Source: Raja brachyura
Lineage: Eukaryota
NCBI GenBank assembly: GCA_963514005.1
Contig: OY740800.1
Span: 42,656,001-42,720,000 of the forward strand
Length of the DNA: 64,000 bases
Reading direction: 5' to 3'
Shown here: positions 22,259 through 35,020 of the stretch, in pieces
How positions within the stretch are numbered: position 1 is the stretch's first letter
Layout: every line of letters begins with the position of its first letter
The notes under the pieces: model-generated
The model's input: the letters and a program-made list of their open reading frames with translations, nothing else
Told to the model about the DNA's origin: nothing
The model's database searches: none
Position numbers and translations under genes: made by a program

Positions 22259-23459
22259 ATGTATGAAGAGTCTTTTTGAAACCACTGCCCTTTATAGAAG
22301 GTTAACTTCAAAATTTTCCACAAGGAGATCAATTAGGGCTCCTTAAATAAATAACAATTCTGTTGTCAGTTACGCCTTCTGCAAATTCTATTGTCACTAT
22401 CACACATCACTTGGACCACTCTGATCATTGCTGTGTACAATGTTATTTCAGACATTCAATTTGAGCTGAATCTACTGCTTTAAGTTTGACTGACAAGGTT
22501 GACAACTAACTCAACAGTGGTGTAAGTTTTCATAGCTCCCACTCATTATCACCACTGGGCAAAGTTTATAGGCTGTATGATGAGTTCTTCACTGGCTCCC
22601 GAGCATGCTCCTCTCTCATCATGTTTCTTCTTTGTTATCTTGTCAATTAGACCCAGCCCGCTCCAATGTGCTCATTGCTTATAGATAAGTTAGCATGGGA
22701 AGGTTTAGCACAGTCTATGGTTCCCCTGTGAATTGTAAAATATCCTTCAGCTGTCAGGGGTTTTCTGCTTTAATAGATCGTGTTTTTTCTTGATGTAACG
22801 CAAAACCGTCTGGTCCAAGATCCTTATCTCATAGGTTTCCACAGCGTCACTCTTTACCATGAGAGTTTCTTTTAATTATGGGGAATGAGGAAGATAATTC
22901 CACAGTGATGATCAAAAAATGCCAAAAAAGTTTGCTTCCTCTTGTCTAACTGCTGGAATCTGGGACTGCGAAATCTGCTGACAGCCTGAAAAAAAAAAAT
23001 TCAATGTGAGAGTGATGGATAGTTAAGAGGAACAATTCAAGTCACCTGTATGGCAAAAAGAGATTCCAGGATGAGGAGTGGAAGAGGTTGTCATTCAAAT
23101 TCTCAGGGTGTATGGCAGTCCAGTCCATGATTGCAGGCTATCGTCTCAGAGTGCATGCTAGTGCCCCCTTTATGAATAATCTGAATTGTGTGATTCAGTG
23201 TTAATGTTCTGCTAAGTTGTGTTGGTAAGCATCAGAATGCTAGGAAGGAAAATGATTGAAGAAATGTAGGTTGGTTTGACTTATTCTTGAGATATTACGA
23301 TATTACATGGATTTTGTGCATGGGGGGGGGGGGGGGGGCGTAAAAATGATGTTGGTGCCATTAAATGTTTGCATCCTGCACAGTAGGACATGCATATATT
23401 GATTGTAGCATATGCATACATTTTTTTATGCAATTGCTGAAAGGGCTGGGATGGGGAAA

Positions 23460-23910
23460 ATATGTCGGAGAGAGCTGGAGATGCTGATTTAAATCGAAGG
23501 TAGACACAAAATGCTGGAGTAACTCAGCGGGACACGCAGCATCTCTGGAGAGAAGGAATGGATGACTTTTCTGGTCGAGACCCTTCTTCAGTCTGAAGCT
23601 GAGTTGCTCCTGCATTTTGTGTCTACCTTCGAGGAGAAAATATGTCTAGTGATATCCTGTTGGAGCTGGCAGGAATTGTGAAGTATGTCCTGTGGAGTAC
23701 GGTGGCTAGTTGGGTGGAAGTATGTTCTTGCTCCAGGGAGGGGAGATGCAGGAAATGCATGAGATACAGTCACAGACTGCCCACTATGTTTGTTAGACCC
23801 ACAGTTCACATTCTCTCCAGAAGAGCAGTTTCTGTATCGGCGTGATCGGGATCTGAGCCCAATGCAGACTAAATAGAAGATATGAATCCAAATAAAGACA
23901 ACAAGCATAC
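23460..23910 (-). mobile_element. Penelope pseudo-LTR with a short inverted end, within an older degraded Penelope fragment
   Basis: Pseudo-LTR at 23470-23592, inverted ...cattttgtgtctaccttcga at 23600-23632, then decayed RT-region sequence. Confidence 0.65.
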
Positions 23911-24490
23911 CACAAAATGTGGGTTCTTAATGAGCGTAACTCACTGAAGGTATTGGCTATTTCCAGTAGATACTAAACTCCTTCATGGTGTGCTGCAAAT
24001 CCCTCAGATATAGAGTGGACCTTTTGTAATCAAACCTGTTTGGAGCAGTGTGCTTCCTTCTGCTAAAGCAAGACTTAGTGCAAAATGCACTTAGAAAAAT
24101 AGTAGTGGAAGAGATGTCCGTAATGTTTTGATGCTGAGGCAGGATTATGGTAATGAACCTAACGCTTATAAGAAAGTAGCTCTGTCCATGTAATACGAGT
24201 TAACATTTGTAGTTAAGGAGTTGGATTTTTTTTTTAAATTGTCAAAAAAATCACCTTGCATAGTTTTTTCTGAAATATTTCTGACTAATATTTGATTTAG
24301 CAGAATTTGCAACTGTAAAGGTGTTGGCTAATTGGAATAGTCCTTTTAATTATTATTGGTGGTAAAAGCATTACCTATGTAAAAATTTGCCTTGTGCATG
24401 CTGCAAGAGTAAATGTTTTACGAATGTAGCTGTTCATTAACCTCTTAAAAATCTTTCTTTCACATCTCCTGCCTGGATTGTCAACAGCAG

Positions 24491-24502
24491 TCTGGCATCA
24501 AG
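24491..24502 (+). CDS. ERC1: ERC1 12-nt microexon TCTGGCATCAAG (phase 2-2), giving ...ELE-N-L-A-S-R...
   Basis: Pyrimidine tract atctttctttcacatctcct, then aacagcag acceptor and gtcagt donor. Phase fits the upstream exon. Peptide corresponds to the recalled SLTSR (ERC1) / SLTLR (ERC2) insert after KIAELE. Confidence 0.85.
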
Positions 24503-24669
24503 GTCAGTAGCTATTTTTATCTAGCTGCCTGTCTGAGTATCTTTATTCTGGTCAAGCATGCTTGTGGAGAAACAAACTAAAGGAGAGCATCACATTATTC
24601 TGTTTTTTATGTGACTTTTTTTACCCTCTAACCATTTGCTATTCTACTTTAATTTTGTTTCTCAACTTG

Positions 24670-25640
24670 GTAGCAGAACCATGGAATGGAAAGAGGCCAT
24701 TCAGCCTGCCGAGTTCATATTGGCTCCAACTAAGAGCATTTCAGGTCCCATCTCCCTCCTTTCTTCCTACAGTCTCGCAAATTATTTTCTTTCAGATACT
24801 GATCCAGCTTAATTTTGAATTCTACAACTTAATCTGTCTCCAACTACTACTTCTGGCAATATAATTCCAAACTTGAACTAGTAGCTGCCTAAAAATCTTT
24901 TCCTGGTGTTAGTTTTGGTTCTTCTACCAATGACCTTCATTTGTGTTCCTAATTCTTTACCTTCCTGCCAATGTTTCTCTCTGCTGTCTAATCGTTTGTT
25001 TTAAATACCTCTGTTTTAAAAGTCTTTTTTAAATTCTTTTCTGTATCCAAAAAAAATTGCCAGCTTTACTAGTTTCTACGCATGACTTAAGATCACATCA
25101 TTGAAACCTTATTAATAAATATTTCCTGTATTCCTACTTAAACTTATTGCTGAAAATGGTGATACTCTGAAACTATACTCTAATTGTAGCTGAATTAATG
25201 TTCATAAAAGCTCATCACGAGTCCCTTTCTCTTGTGCCTAGTTATAAAGCCTAGTGTTTATGACACTTTTCTGAATTTGCATTGCCACTTTCAATGAACC
25301 ATAGACCTGCAAAGATAATTATCTGTTGTGATATTCCTTGGAGTTGTGTCTCTTTATGGTTATTGCATCATACAGTTCTAGTCACACGTAGCACTGGCAT
25401 TTCTGAGTGTTAAGATGCCTTTTATCACCTTTCTGCCCAAATCTTCTTGAAGTCTGTTAACAGCCATCTCACAATTCACCAGGACTCCAAATTTTCTTGT
25501 CAGGTGCAGCTTTGACATTCTCTTGCCCTGTATGCTCACGTCATTAATTTACACAAGGGAAAACAATGTTCCTAGTACCAACTCATGGGAACTCCACTGT
25601 ACTTTACCTTGCAATTGGGAAAACAACATTTCAGAACTAC
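24670..25640 (-). mobile_element. Highly degraded CR1-like LINE
   Basis: gaggccattcagcc tail hairpin near 24692 and residual RT motif cctagtaccaactcatgggaactccact (SGVP..LVLG) near 25570. Confidence 0.55.
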
Positions 25641-25802
25641 TCTTGGTTTCCTCAGTGCTGGTGGGATGAGGCAGAGGGAAGTCAATGCATTGAATTTAAA
25701 AAATCCCAGCAGTAAAAAAAGGAGCTGAAATCTACTTTCTTTTTATTTCTCCTCAAATACAGTGTGGAGGAGAAATGGAGAAAAAAAAAAGCTTTAATGT
25801 TC

Positions 25803-26013
25803 AGGAAGGAACTGCAGATGCTGGTTTACACCGAAGATGGATACAAAATGCTGGAGTAATTCAGCGGGACAGCCGTATATCTGGATAGAAGGAATGGGTG
25901 ATCTTTCAGGTCAAGACCCTACTTCAGACTGGCAGTCTCGACCTGAAAAGTCACGCATTCCATCTATTCAGAGATGCTTCCCGTCCCGCTGAGTTACTCC
26001 AGCATTTTGTATC
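25803..26013. repeat. Inverted pair of Penelope pseudo-LTRs
   Basis: gatacaaaatgctggagtaattcagcgggac is mirrored by gtcccgctgagttactccagcattttgtatc. Confidence 0.85.
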
Positions 26014-26888
26014 ATCGATAAAAAATGGTAGAAATTTGGTTGTCTTGTTATTGGAAATTAGGTGACGATGTAGTCATCGGAAATGTGCATATTGAAGACG
26101 TTGTTAAAAATTTGAAAATAATGGTTTCACTTTTGTAATTCATCTGACTATCCAGATTTGGGGGCCTTGCATTTAGAGGAATCATCACAGAAATACAGTA
26201 GAGAATTCCGTAGAGAAAAATTGAAATAGTGAAAGCAAATTGTAACTTTTCACAGATTATATTGGAAGTTATGTGATGGCATCAATAGTTCAATGATACT
26301 TTATTGTCACATGGCCTGAGATGCAATGAAATTCATTTTTGTATACAGTTCAGTACAGGTATCACGATACCTAAGCACTTGGAGAAAGCACATAAGAAAA
26401 AAGCATTAAGCATGAGCATAGACGACCATGTTTACCAAACCAAATTGAGCAGACAGTTGCCTTTTCTAATGCATAATCCTAAAATCCCTTAAATCTGCTG
26501 ATGCTGCATGAATCCACTCTATTCCAAGTCATTTCAGTTTATTTAACTACAAGATGATGGCATTTTGCCTCTCCCTAAGTATTCTATAGCATGGTTTCAC
26601 CCACTTTATTTTATCACAACAATCTTGCGGGGCCTCAACAGTCCAGTAATTTGTTATGGCCAGCAGGATATAATAAACTAGATATGTATTTGATATGGGA
26701 GCAATTTTTGTTCTTCTTGCAGGTTTCTTTTTAATATGTGCTAAATGCATTTTTCAGTGAAATAATAAAATTAATATAAGCATAATTACTTCCTTGTAAA
26801 CATTTCTGAAAAGAGCTAAGCAAGCCCTTTGATGTCCTTTATTGTCAGTGGGACTGGCTGATTAAAGTATAAGAGTATGTTCCTGTTG

Positions 26889-27217
26889 CAGTTTAGTTCA
26901 GATACAGAATGAAAACTTGCCCTTCAGCCCACTAAGACCATGCCGACCATCAATCACCCATTCTCACTAGTTCGATGTTATCCCATTTTTTTATCCACTC
27001 CCAACCCACTTAGACTAGTTTTACAGCGGCCAATTAACCTAGAAAGCTGCATGTATTTGAGATGTGGGGGGGGGGGGACGGGCCCAGAGCACCAGGAGGA
27101 AACCCACGAGATCACTGGGAGAACAAACTCCACTCAGATAGTAACTGAGGTCTGGATCAAGTCCAGGGCTCTGGCGCTGTGAGTTAGCAGCTCGACCTGC
27201 TGTGCGACTGTGCTGCC
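26889..27217 (-). mobile_element. V-SINE (HE1-like), diverged
   Basis: Colinear with 2833-3110. Confidence 0.7.
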
Positions 27218-27363
27218 TTTCAAAACTGCTGTGAAGTATGTTCACTTTGCATGGATTCTGCTAATATAGTTGTAGCTCAAGTCCAGCACGAGATCTGACT
27301 TCAATGAAGCAGAGTAATAATCTTTTGAAAAATTAATTTTATTCCAAATCACTTTCGAATCAC

Positions 27364-27492
27364 GTCTGAAGAAGGGTCTCGACCTGAAACATCGCCCATC
27401 TCCTTCGCTCCTCAGATGCTGCTGCACCCGCTGAGTTACTCCAGCCTTTTGTTTACCCTCGATTCTCCAGCATCTGCAGTTCCTTCTTTAAC
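27364..27492 (+). repeat. Solo Penelope pseudo-LTR with hammerhead-like core at 27366-27393
   Basis: CTGAAGAAGGGTCTCGACCTGAAACATC...ccagcatctgcagttccttct. Confidence 0.8.
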
Positions 27493-27669
27493 ACTTTCGA
27501 ATCACTGTGGGGCTCGACAACATATTTAAATTCAATGGCTTCATCTTGCGATGGAGAATATTTTTTTTAACCTTGGCGTTGGAATGGCTCATTAGGTCCC
27601 TTAATCGAGTGTACCATTTAAGAATGATTGGCCTAGTTAGTTATTAATATATTTGATTGATCAAAATGA

Positions 27670-27955
27670 TATAGCATGCAAAAAGGCCACATGGCCCATC
27701 AATAATCTTTTCACACCAGTGCTAGATTAACCCAGTTTTGCACGTTCTCTTGGCACACTAGAGGTAATTTACAGAAGCCAAGTAACTTACCCACCCACGG
27801 GTCTTTGGGATGTTGGAGGAAACAGGAGCACCAAGAGAAAAGCTGCATGGTCACAGAGAATGTGCAAACTCCACACAAACAGCACCCCAACTCAGGGTCA
27901 CACCTGAGTTTCTCACTCCACCAGCAGTTCAATCAGCTGTGTCTCTCTGCTGCCT
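27670..27955 (-). mobile_element. V-SINE (HE1-like), diverged
   Basis: V-domain-like gtgcaaactccacacaaacagcaccc. Confidence 0.65.
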
Positions 27956-28165
27956 TATTTATTCTTTAGACTAACTTCCATTTTCATCTAGCAGGGTGGC
28001 AAAAATGTATCAGTAATTTTAGCACAAAAGACAGAAAATAAACAGAACTTGATGGGATGGTCATTGGTATGTGTTGATTAAAGTGCTGAGTCAAGCGTGC
28101 TAAGAGTAAAATATTGGCAAATGATTACATGCCTTCGATGGTTATATTGGAAATACATCCAAAAT

Positions 28166-28407
28166 ACCTTTTCACACAGAAAATTGTGAGTCTGTGGAAT
28201 TCTCTGCCTCGGAGGGCAGTGGAGGCCAGTTCTCTAGATGCTTTCAAGGGAGAGTTAGATAGAGCTCTTAAAGATAGCAGCGTCGAGGGATATGGGGAGA
28301 AGGCAGGAACAGGGTACTGATTGTGGATGATCAGCCATGATCACATTGAATGGTGGTGCTGGGTCGAAGGGCTGAATGGCCTACTCCTGCACTGATCGTC
28401 TATTGTC
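28166..28407 (+). mobile_element. CR1 3' end
   Basis: ORF 28114..28320 ends FTQKIVSLWNSLP...GYGEKAGTGY, followed by a 3' UTR like 12200-12290. Confidence 0.88.
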
Positions 28408-29769
28408 AATGTGGCAGGTTGAGAATTTGAACTCTATTTAAACAATTTGGCAACAAATACGATTATCAGCAGGTGACAATAATTACTTTAGATTATCAAT
28501 TAAATCTTGACTGGTTCATTAATATGTGAGAATGCAGAAAATCTACTGTGTCACAGCAATATGTTTGAATATAGATCAATTTATTTTCCTTATTCCATCT
28601 ACTGCCTATATTCTTGGCTTCCAACACTCTTGGCTATGTCATAAAACAACAATACAAGTTCAAGCGGGAGAAAAACCAGGCAAGTTTAGCAAATACATTT
28701 GTAAAATTAAACAATTAACAACTGCAGGAGTTGAAAGACAACCTGACTTAATTGGAATTTGCTGTAAAAGTACTTTCACCTCTCCAATGCGCTGTCGACT
28801 AGGACACGTATTTTTTTTTCTAAAATCAATTAATTTAAGTTTGTTAACTTAAATTGATGCAACATTTGCTGCAGTCAAAGGATTTAAAGTACTTGACTTG
28901 CTGCTTTTGTAATGTTAGACTTCAATAAACATAAGTCTATTAAATGGCCCTTTTATATTTCAGCGTGCTTTTACTTTGCTTTCTGAGACAGCCAAGTAAC
29001 AAGAGTATTGCTCCCTCCATCTCTTCTGCCAACCCTAACCATCCACCCAAATAACTGCACAAAGGATGCATTCAGGTCAACAAATCTTAAGACTGATGTA
29101 TGTTTTGAATATGGTTTATGCAGAAAGATTTCTAGCAGGCTGTCAGAATTTTGCTCATTTTTATTTCTAAGAATAAATTGACCAAAAATATGTCGTAAAG
29201 AAGGAATTGATGTGCACATATTACATGTTTTTGATGTTCTTATAATTTTGTGAATTTGCTCCTCGCCTACAGTAATTTTTTTTCTCAGTTAGTCTATTGC
29301 AACATTTACTATATTGAACCAGAGGGGGAAGAGTCACACTTGCTTCATCTTAACTTTGTGCTACTGTTTGTTTATAGAAGAAACACAGACATTACGTCAG
29401 TGAGAAATAAAGTAAATTTGCTTTGTTTCAGATAGTGCATTGATGCTACTCATCTTGTACACTGAGCAGCATACCGTTGGCAAATCAAATTTCACAGCAA
29501 AGAACTATTGAACATTGCTTTCTCAAGGCATTGCCAAGGTTCAGCTGAAAAATGACAAGTTGGGAGTGGATAGAGTTGGTTGCAAATGATGTGGCAGATA
29601 AGTAAATCCACAGATGTTAGGGATTTTCTAATGCTTATTTTCATATTCCTAATACAAATTAGGGATATCAATTCTCTCGCTGTTGGACAAGAACAATGAA
29701 TCTGATGAATTGATAAAAGATAAAATTAGAATCTAGTATTTCAAAGTTAGCTTGGTACAATATACTAAA

Positions 29770-30160
29770 TATTCATAGAATAATACAGCACAGAAATTGG
29801 CTCTTATGGCTTAACTTGTCCGAGCCGATCCTAGTGCCTATCAACGCTAATCACATTTATCTGCATCAGGTTCATACCTCTCTCTACTCCTTTCCTATCC
29901 AAGTACCTGTCCAAATGCCTTTTAAACATTGTAATAGTATCTGCCTCCACTACCTCCTGTGGCAGCTTGTTCAAAATATTCAGCACCCTCTGTGGAAAAA
30001 CATATCCTCAGATCTCCTGTAAATTTCTCCCCTCTCACCTTAAACGTGTGCCCCCTAGTTCTAGTCTTCCCTGCCCTGGGGAAAGGATTTGAATTATCTA
30101 TGCCTATCAAAATTTTGAAAACCACGAAGGACACCCCTCGGCCTCCTTCAATCCTGTGAG
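29770..30160 (-). mobile_element. Degraded CR1 3' end
   Basis: ORF 29922..30242 contains VFKILIGID...TRTRGHTFKVRGEKF. Confidence 0.75.
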
Positions 30161-32024
30161 AATAATAATAGCAAGAGAATCTTAATACTAGATTTATTAC
30201 TCTAGACATTTCTAAGTGATATTTCCCTTTCCACACATTCAAATGGGAATTTAGTTCTCATTTCCTCTCTATACTACATTGCTAGGTAAGGGGATAGGTA
30301 GGTGACCTTGCCGAGACCTCTCTGAATGCAGCTCTTGATTAAGCCTCTAAGGGATATCAAAGAAACTGGATTGACTGAAACTTTCACATTTCTTTAATTC
30401 CATCCTGACTCGGGGGAAGTTATCTTTTGCTTGTTCTAACTTGTGTCTGAAATTATGATATGGCTGAAATTGGGTACATGGTGTGGAGAACAGCATACAG
30501 ATAAAGGAAAGTCCCACCACACCTTTGCTCTCTGCTTTGAAACTCCATTTGACACTGTTTTACAGATGTCGATATAAAGTCATATGAAGTTGTAGTCACA
30601 TGTTTTTAATGAAATTGTAGTGTTTGCTTACTCAGTGGGGATTAAAGTTAAAAGTGAAGGTGGGTTTTTGAAATGCTAGTGATCCTGATCAAACCACATT
30701 TTTCAGTCCAACAGATATGTAATTCTGAGCCTTTTTTTTGGTAATAATGGAAGTGACAAGAATCTTTGCAAAATACACTATAAGTGGGAAAGATAATGAT
30801 CGTGGGCAAGGAGCAAATGCACAAAAGTGTAAGAACATAATTTAGTAGATCAACATTGATTGCATCTTTCTGAGCTTAGACGGCACAAATAGAAATTGAA
30901 AGCAGGACAAGCTTTAGCCTATAATAATTACACTTAAATAATTAGATCCAACTGTTGATCAAATTGTCGTTATTCTTAATATTCTCAGCATTATTAAATT
31001 GGATCTCATTGAAACCAGTACACAACAGATCTTTATGTCCTTTAACAAGAGCACAATACATTATAGATTTTACTATGACTCATCTTGCTTAAAACTTGAG
31101 AATACTGGGAATGTTCATCAAGGCAAACCACACCTGACGAGAGAGAAAAGGGTTTTTAGGTTTGGATTGCTTTTCATCGGACTTGGAAAAAAGTTAATAA
31201 ATAAACAATTTTAACATGCAGATAGATGTATTTAAAAAAAGAAATGTGTTTGAAAGAGTGGATAACAGGGACGAATAAATGACAAAATGTGTGATGCAGA
31301 AAAATAAAAATAGCCCAAAGTAAGTGAAAACACTGATCAATAATCTGTAATTTTCCAAAGCAATTGAAAGGAAGTGCTGGCAATTTAAAATAACAGTGTC
31401 AAGATGGTGATTATTCCATTGGGTTGCAATGTGTTTGCTTGGAAAATTTAGTTCGCCGCCTCTAGTTCCTATGCTGCCCTTGTCCATGTTGAAGATCATG
31501 GAGTTTGGAGATTAAGTTCAAGTAACTACCAACCATAGTGTGTCCATCACGGAGAACATGAATATTTATGAGGGGAGACTGAATACCAAACAATTTACTG
31601 CAATATTAGGGACTGGGAACAAATTTCCTGAGTGCTGTTGGACGTGGACTTATTAATGCAGCAGTGATTATTCCAATACTGAGGCAGTAGAAGGCTTTGG
31701 GGAGTTGGGAGATTAGCTAGTTGCCATAGAATTCCCAGCCATTGACCTTCCCGTGTAGTCTGAATTTTTACATGGCTGATTCAGATCATCGGTGACTCAA
31801 GATGTGGATGGGGGCTACTTAGAGTAATTACATTAATTGCTATGGAAAGGTGGTGAGATTCCCTCTAAATGCAATGAATGTTTGTGGTTCCAGTGTTACA
31901 AGACATTTATCACTTCATCCATGATAATTGCCTAGAGATGACTACACATGGATGGATTGTTTAATTGTTAAGAATTGGAAATTGAATTGAATATATGTAC
32001 TTTTTATTTATTTGTTTTTTTGGA

Positions 32025-32830
32025 TCTAGGCCTCGCTGGCAAACCCAACATAAATTGCCCATCACTAAATCCCTTGATCAAGTGCTGGTGAACTGCCTAT
32101 TTGAACCCACTGTATCTCATTTAGTGAAGGTATTCTCATTGTGCTGTTAGGTAGAGAGTTCCAGGATTTTGTTTCATGGCCAAACTTAGATATATTAGAA
32201 TTCAGATGGTGTGTGACTTGAGGAGAACATTCATGTGGGAATGTTCCCAAGCTCCTGTTCAACTTGGTGACACACATTACAGGCTTGGGAAATATTGTCA
32301 ATGTAACATATGTGAATAACTGCAATGTCTTTTGCAGATGGTGTGTGCTATAGCCACTACACTAGTGTAAGAAGGAATTAATGTTTACATTGTTCATTGG
32401 GGTAACAATCCATGCTTTGTCTTGGATCATGTTAAATATCCAGAGTGTTATTGGAGTTGCACTCATTCTCTCTTTATAGAACATGGACATACGTTGGGGT
32501 TTTAGGAGGAAGGTCACTTGCTGCACGATACCCAGCCCCGATCTCTGACATGCTCCTGGAGGCACAATGTTTATGTTGTTGGTCCATTTGAGTTTCTGAT
32601 CATTGTTGCATTGCAGGGTATAAATGGTGGAGGCTTCAACAATGAAACTGCTATTGGGTGTAAAGGGTGCAAGAGCAGACTGTCCCATGTTGTAGGAAGA
32701 TATTGTTCAGCTTTTAGCTTTGTAGCATGAATGTTACTTCCCACTCATTTGCCCATGCCTTAATGTTGTTCAGGACTTGCTGGATTTAAGCATGCATTGT
32801 TTCATTTGTTAAGGAATTGAGAATGGAATT
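32025..32830 (-). mobile_element. Old non-LTR retrotransposon 3' remnant (CR1/L2 group, clade unresolved)
   Basis: ORFs 32065..32325 (SWNSLPNS) and 32362..32688 (DQKLKWTNNINIV...IQDKA) resemble LINE ORF2 C-terminal motifs. Confidence 0.55.
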
Positions 32831-35020
32831 GAACGTCTTGGAAGCATTCACCTAGCTCCACATCATGTCCTTGGATCTGTTTCCCGTTTATTCGTCTCAT
32901 GTGCTTTCTATTTGCACCTCACCAAAGCTAGTGACCCTTACCTGATTTGACACTAACAATTGACCAAGTTTTGATCAAGGTTCTAGCACCCGCAGTTCCT
33001 TTTGTCTCTAACAATTGACCGGTTGTTCAACCATTGATTTCTCCACCACCCCGGGACATTGTTCAGTGATAATTAAAATACAAATTATTTAGGAAAAAAA
33101 ATGTCTCTTGCAATATCAAATGCTGAAAGATAGATTGGCCTTAAATTTAATGTCAGGAAAAAGCAATTAAAGCTTTTACTTCAAACCTCACAAAAAAGAC
33201 TGAAAAATATAAACTTGAAAAGATGTCTTAAATGCTGCGTTTATCTTTGAGATTCATGTCACAATTAACAATCTGAAAGTCATGGGATACCAAGTTTCTA
33301 TCGAGAATGAGGAACTTGATGACATTAGTATTACTAAAGGAAAACTACTGGACAAAGAAATGGGACAAAATTTGAGTTTCTCCAGCATTTTTGTCTGACT
33401 TCAGAGAAATCTATTGGGTATATAATAAGAGATTTTTCCAGAAAGCATAATGTAACTGTGCAGAGAAATGGTGTTTGATAAGTTCAGATTTTCAAAAGGT
33501 ATTTATGAAAATCTGGCAAGATTAGGATTTTTAGATGAAGATGGTGTACAAGAACAGAATAAATATTGAATAATAGACCAAAGAAAGAAGTAGGATTAAA
33601 TGGGGTATTTTTGTGCTGTGTTATAACTAAGGAGGTATTGTCAGTGTTATTGAGTCTTGGCTATGTTTAATATATTTCAATAACGTGGATGAATTAACTG
33701 AGTAAAATATATCCAGGTTCAATGATACAGAGTTAGGTAGGACATTAAACTGAGGAGAAGGCCATCTGTCCATTTCCCTCCACAGATACTGACTGACCGA
33801 ATGAGTTCCTCCAGAACTTTGATTTTTTGCTTAAGGTTCTATCATCAGCAGTATCTTGAGTTTCCATGTGCAGAGTTAATCAGGAGATGGGGCAGGGTGA
33901 AAGGGGCAGAAATTGAGTAATGAGTCTACTCATTACTTATCTCTTTATTAAACATAGCTATATGTTTTTTTGTGCTGTTTCTTCATACTGAAACATTCTT
34001 TCTCACTCTCCCTTGAATGCTTTGGTGAAGCCTCTGCTATGAAGAGGTTTGAATTAACATTTGAAAGAGAGCTATTAAACTTTTGTGAGCTTCAGGTATG
34101 CATGCTAATTTACCCAGTCAGACCCAGTGGCTCCAGTCAGACAGATTCAGTTTCTAATAATGTTGCCATAAGCAGTCAATAATTAAAATGGGTGCCCTCA
34201 TAATAATAAAAAAATGAAATCCAGGAAAATAAATAGAAGGCTTTTACTAATTATTTCTTTGTAGTTCATTATTTGTATAGTTTAAATCTCACTAAAGTTG
34301 ATTGCCATTTAAAACATTAATGTGGACTTTATCGAGCTTTGAGTTACGCAGCAGTTCACTTGAGAACCTCTGACCTCTGAATTCAACATGTTTTTAACTT
34401 TCCTATCTGCCTGCTACAGCATTGAAGTCAGTGATATTCTGAAAATCAGGTGCCAGTATAACTGATGGGAGATCCCACTGCTGGATATATGAGATAGACT
34501 CTGCAATTGGGCCTTTGTTTTTTTTTTACCTGACACAGCTGGCAGTGCCAGAAAGCTGGATTTGATAAAGTAGAAACGAATGTCAACATGCAATAATTCA
34601 TGAAGACGTTAACGTGGTAATCTTTGCTGACTTATCAGTGCATTGCTATTGCTTTGGTATTGTTTCACCAAATATTTTTTGATGATTTTTATGTGCTTTA
34701 ATTAAATTTTTACTAAAAATTTGAGAAACTTGAAAATTCATTTTAACACAAAGCAAAAATACAAATGCACAATTGCAGTCCAACATTAATGTTCTCAATA
34801 TTATGCTAAAGTGAGAAGCATATTTAATGCAACATTAGGGTCACCTGACAACTTCATTGGAATATGCGAGATGGCCTCACTGGGAGTAAGCTGATGTGTT
34901 CTGCATGTCTGCCTTGCCTCCATCATAGAAACCATGTCATGGATGACAGGATGAAATGTACATCTTTGTTTAGCATGTAGTGGCTAAAAAGCTCATTTCA
35001 AAAGAAAAAAAATCTATACT

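Noticed and set aside
34515-34600. Strong poly-T tract plus cag as the acceptor of the next ERC1 exon
   Set aside because: The phase-2 translation does not resemble QVKDQNKK and reaches a stop, and no good donor follows.
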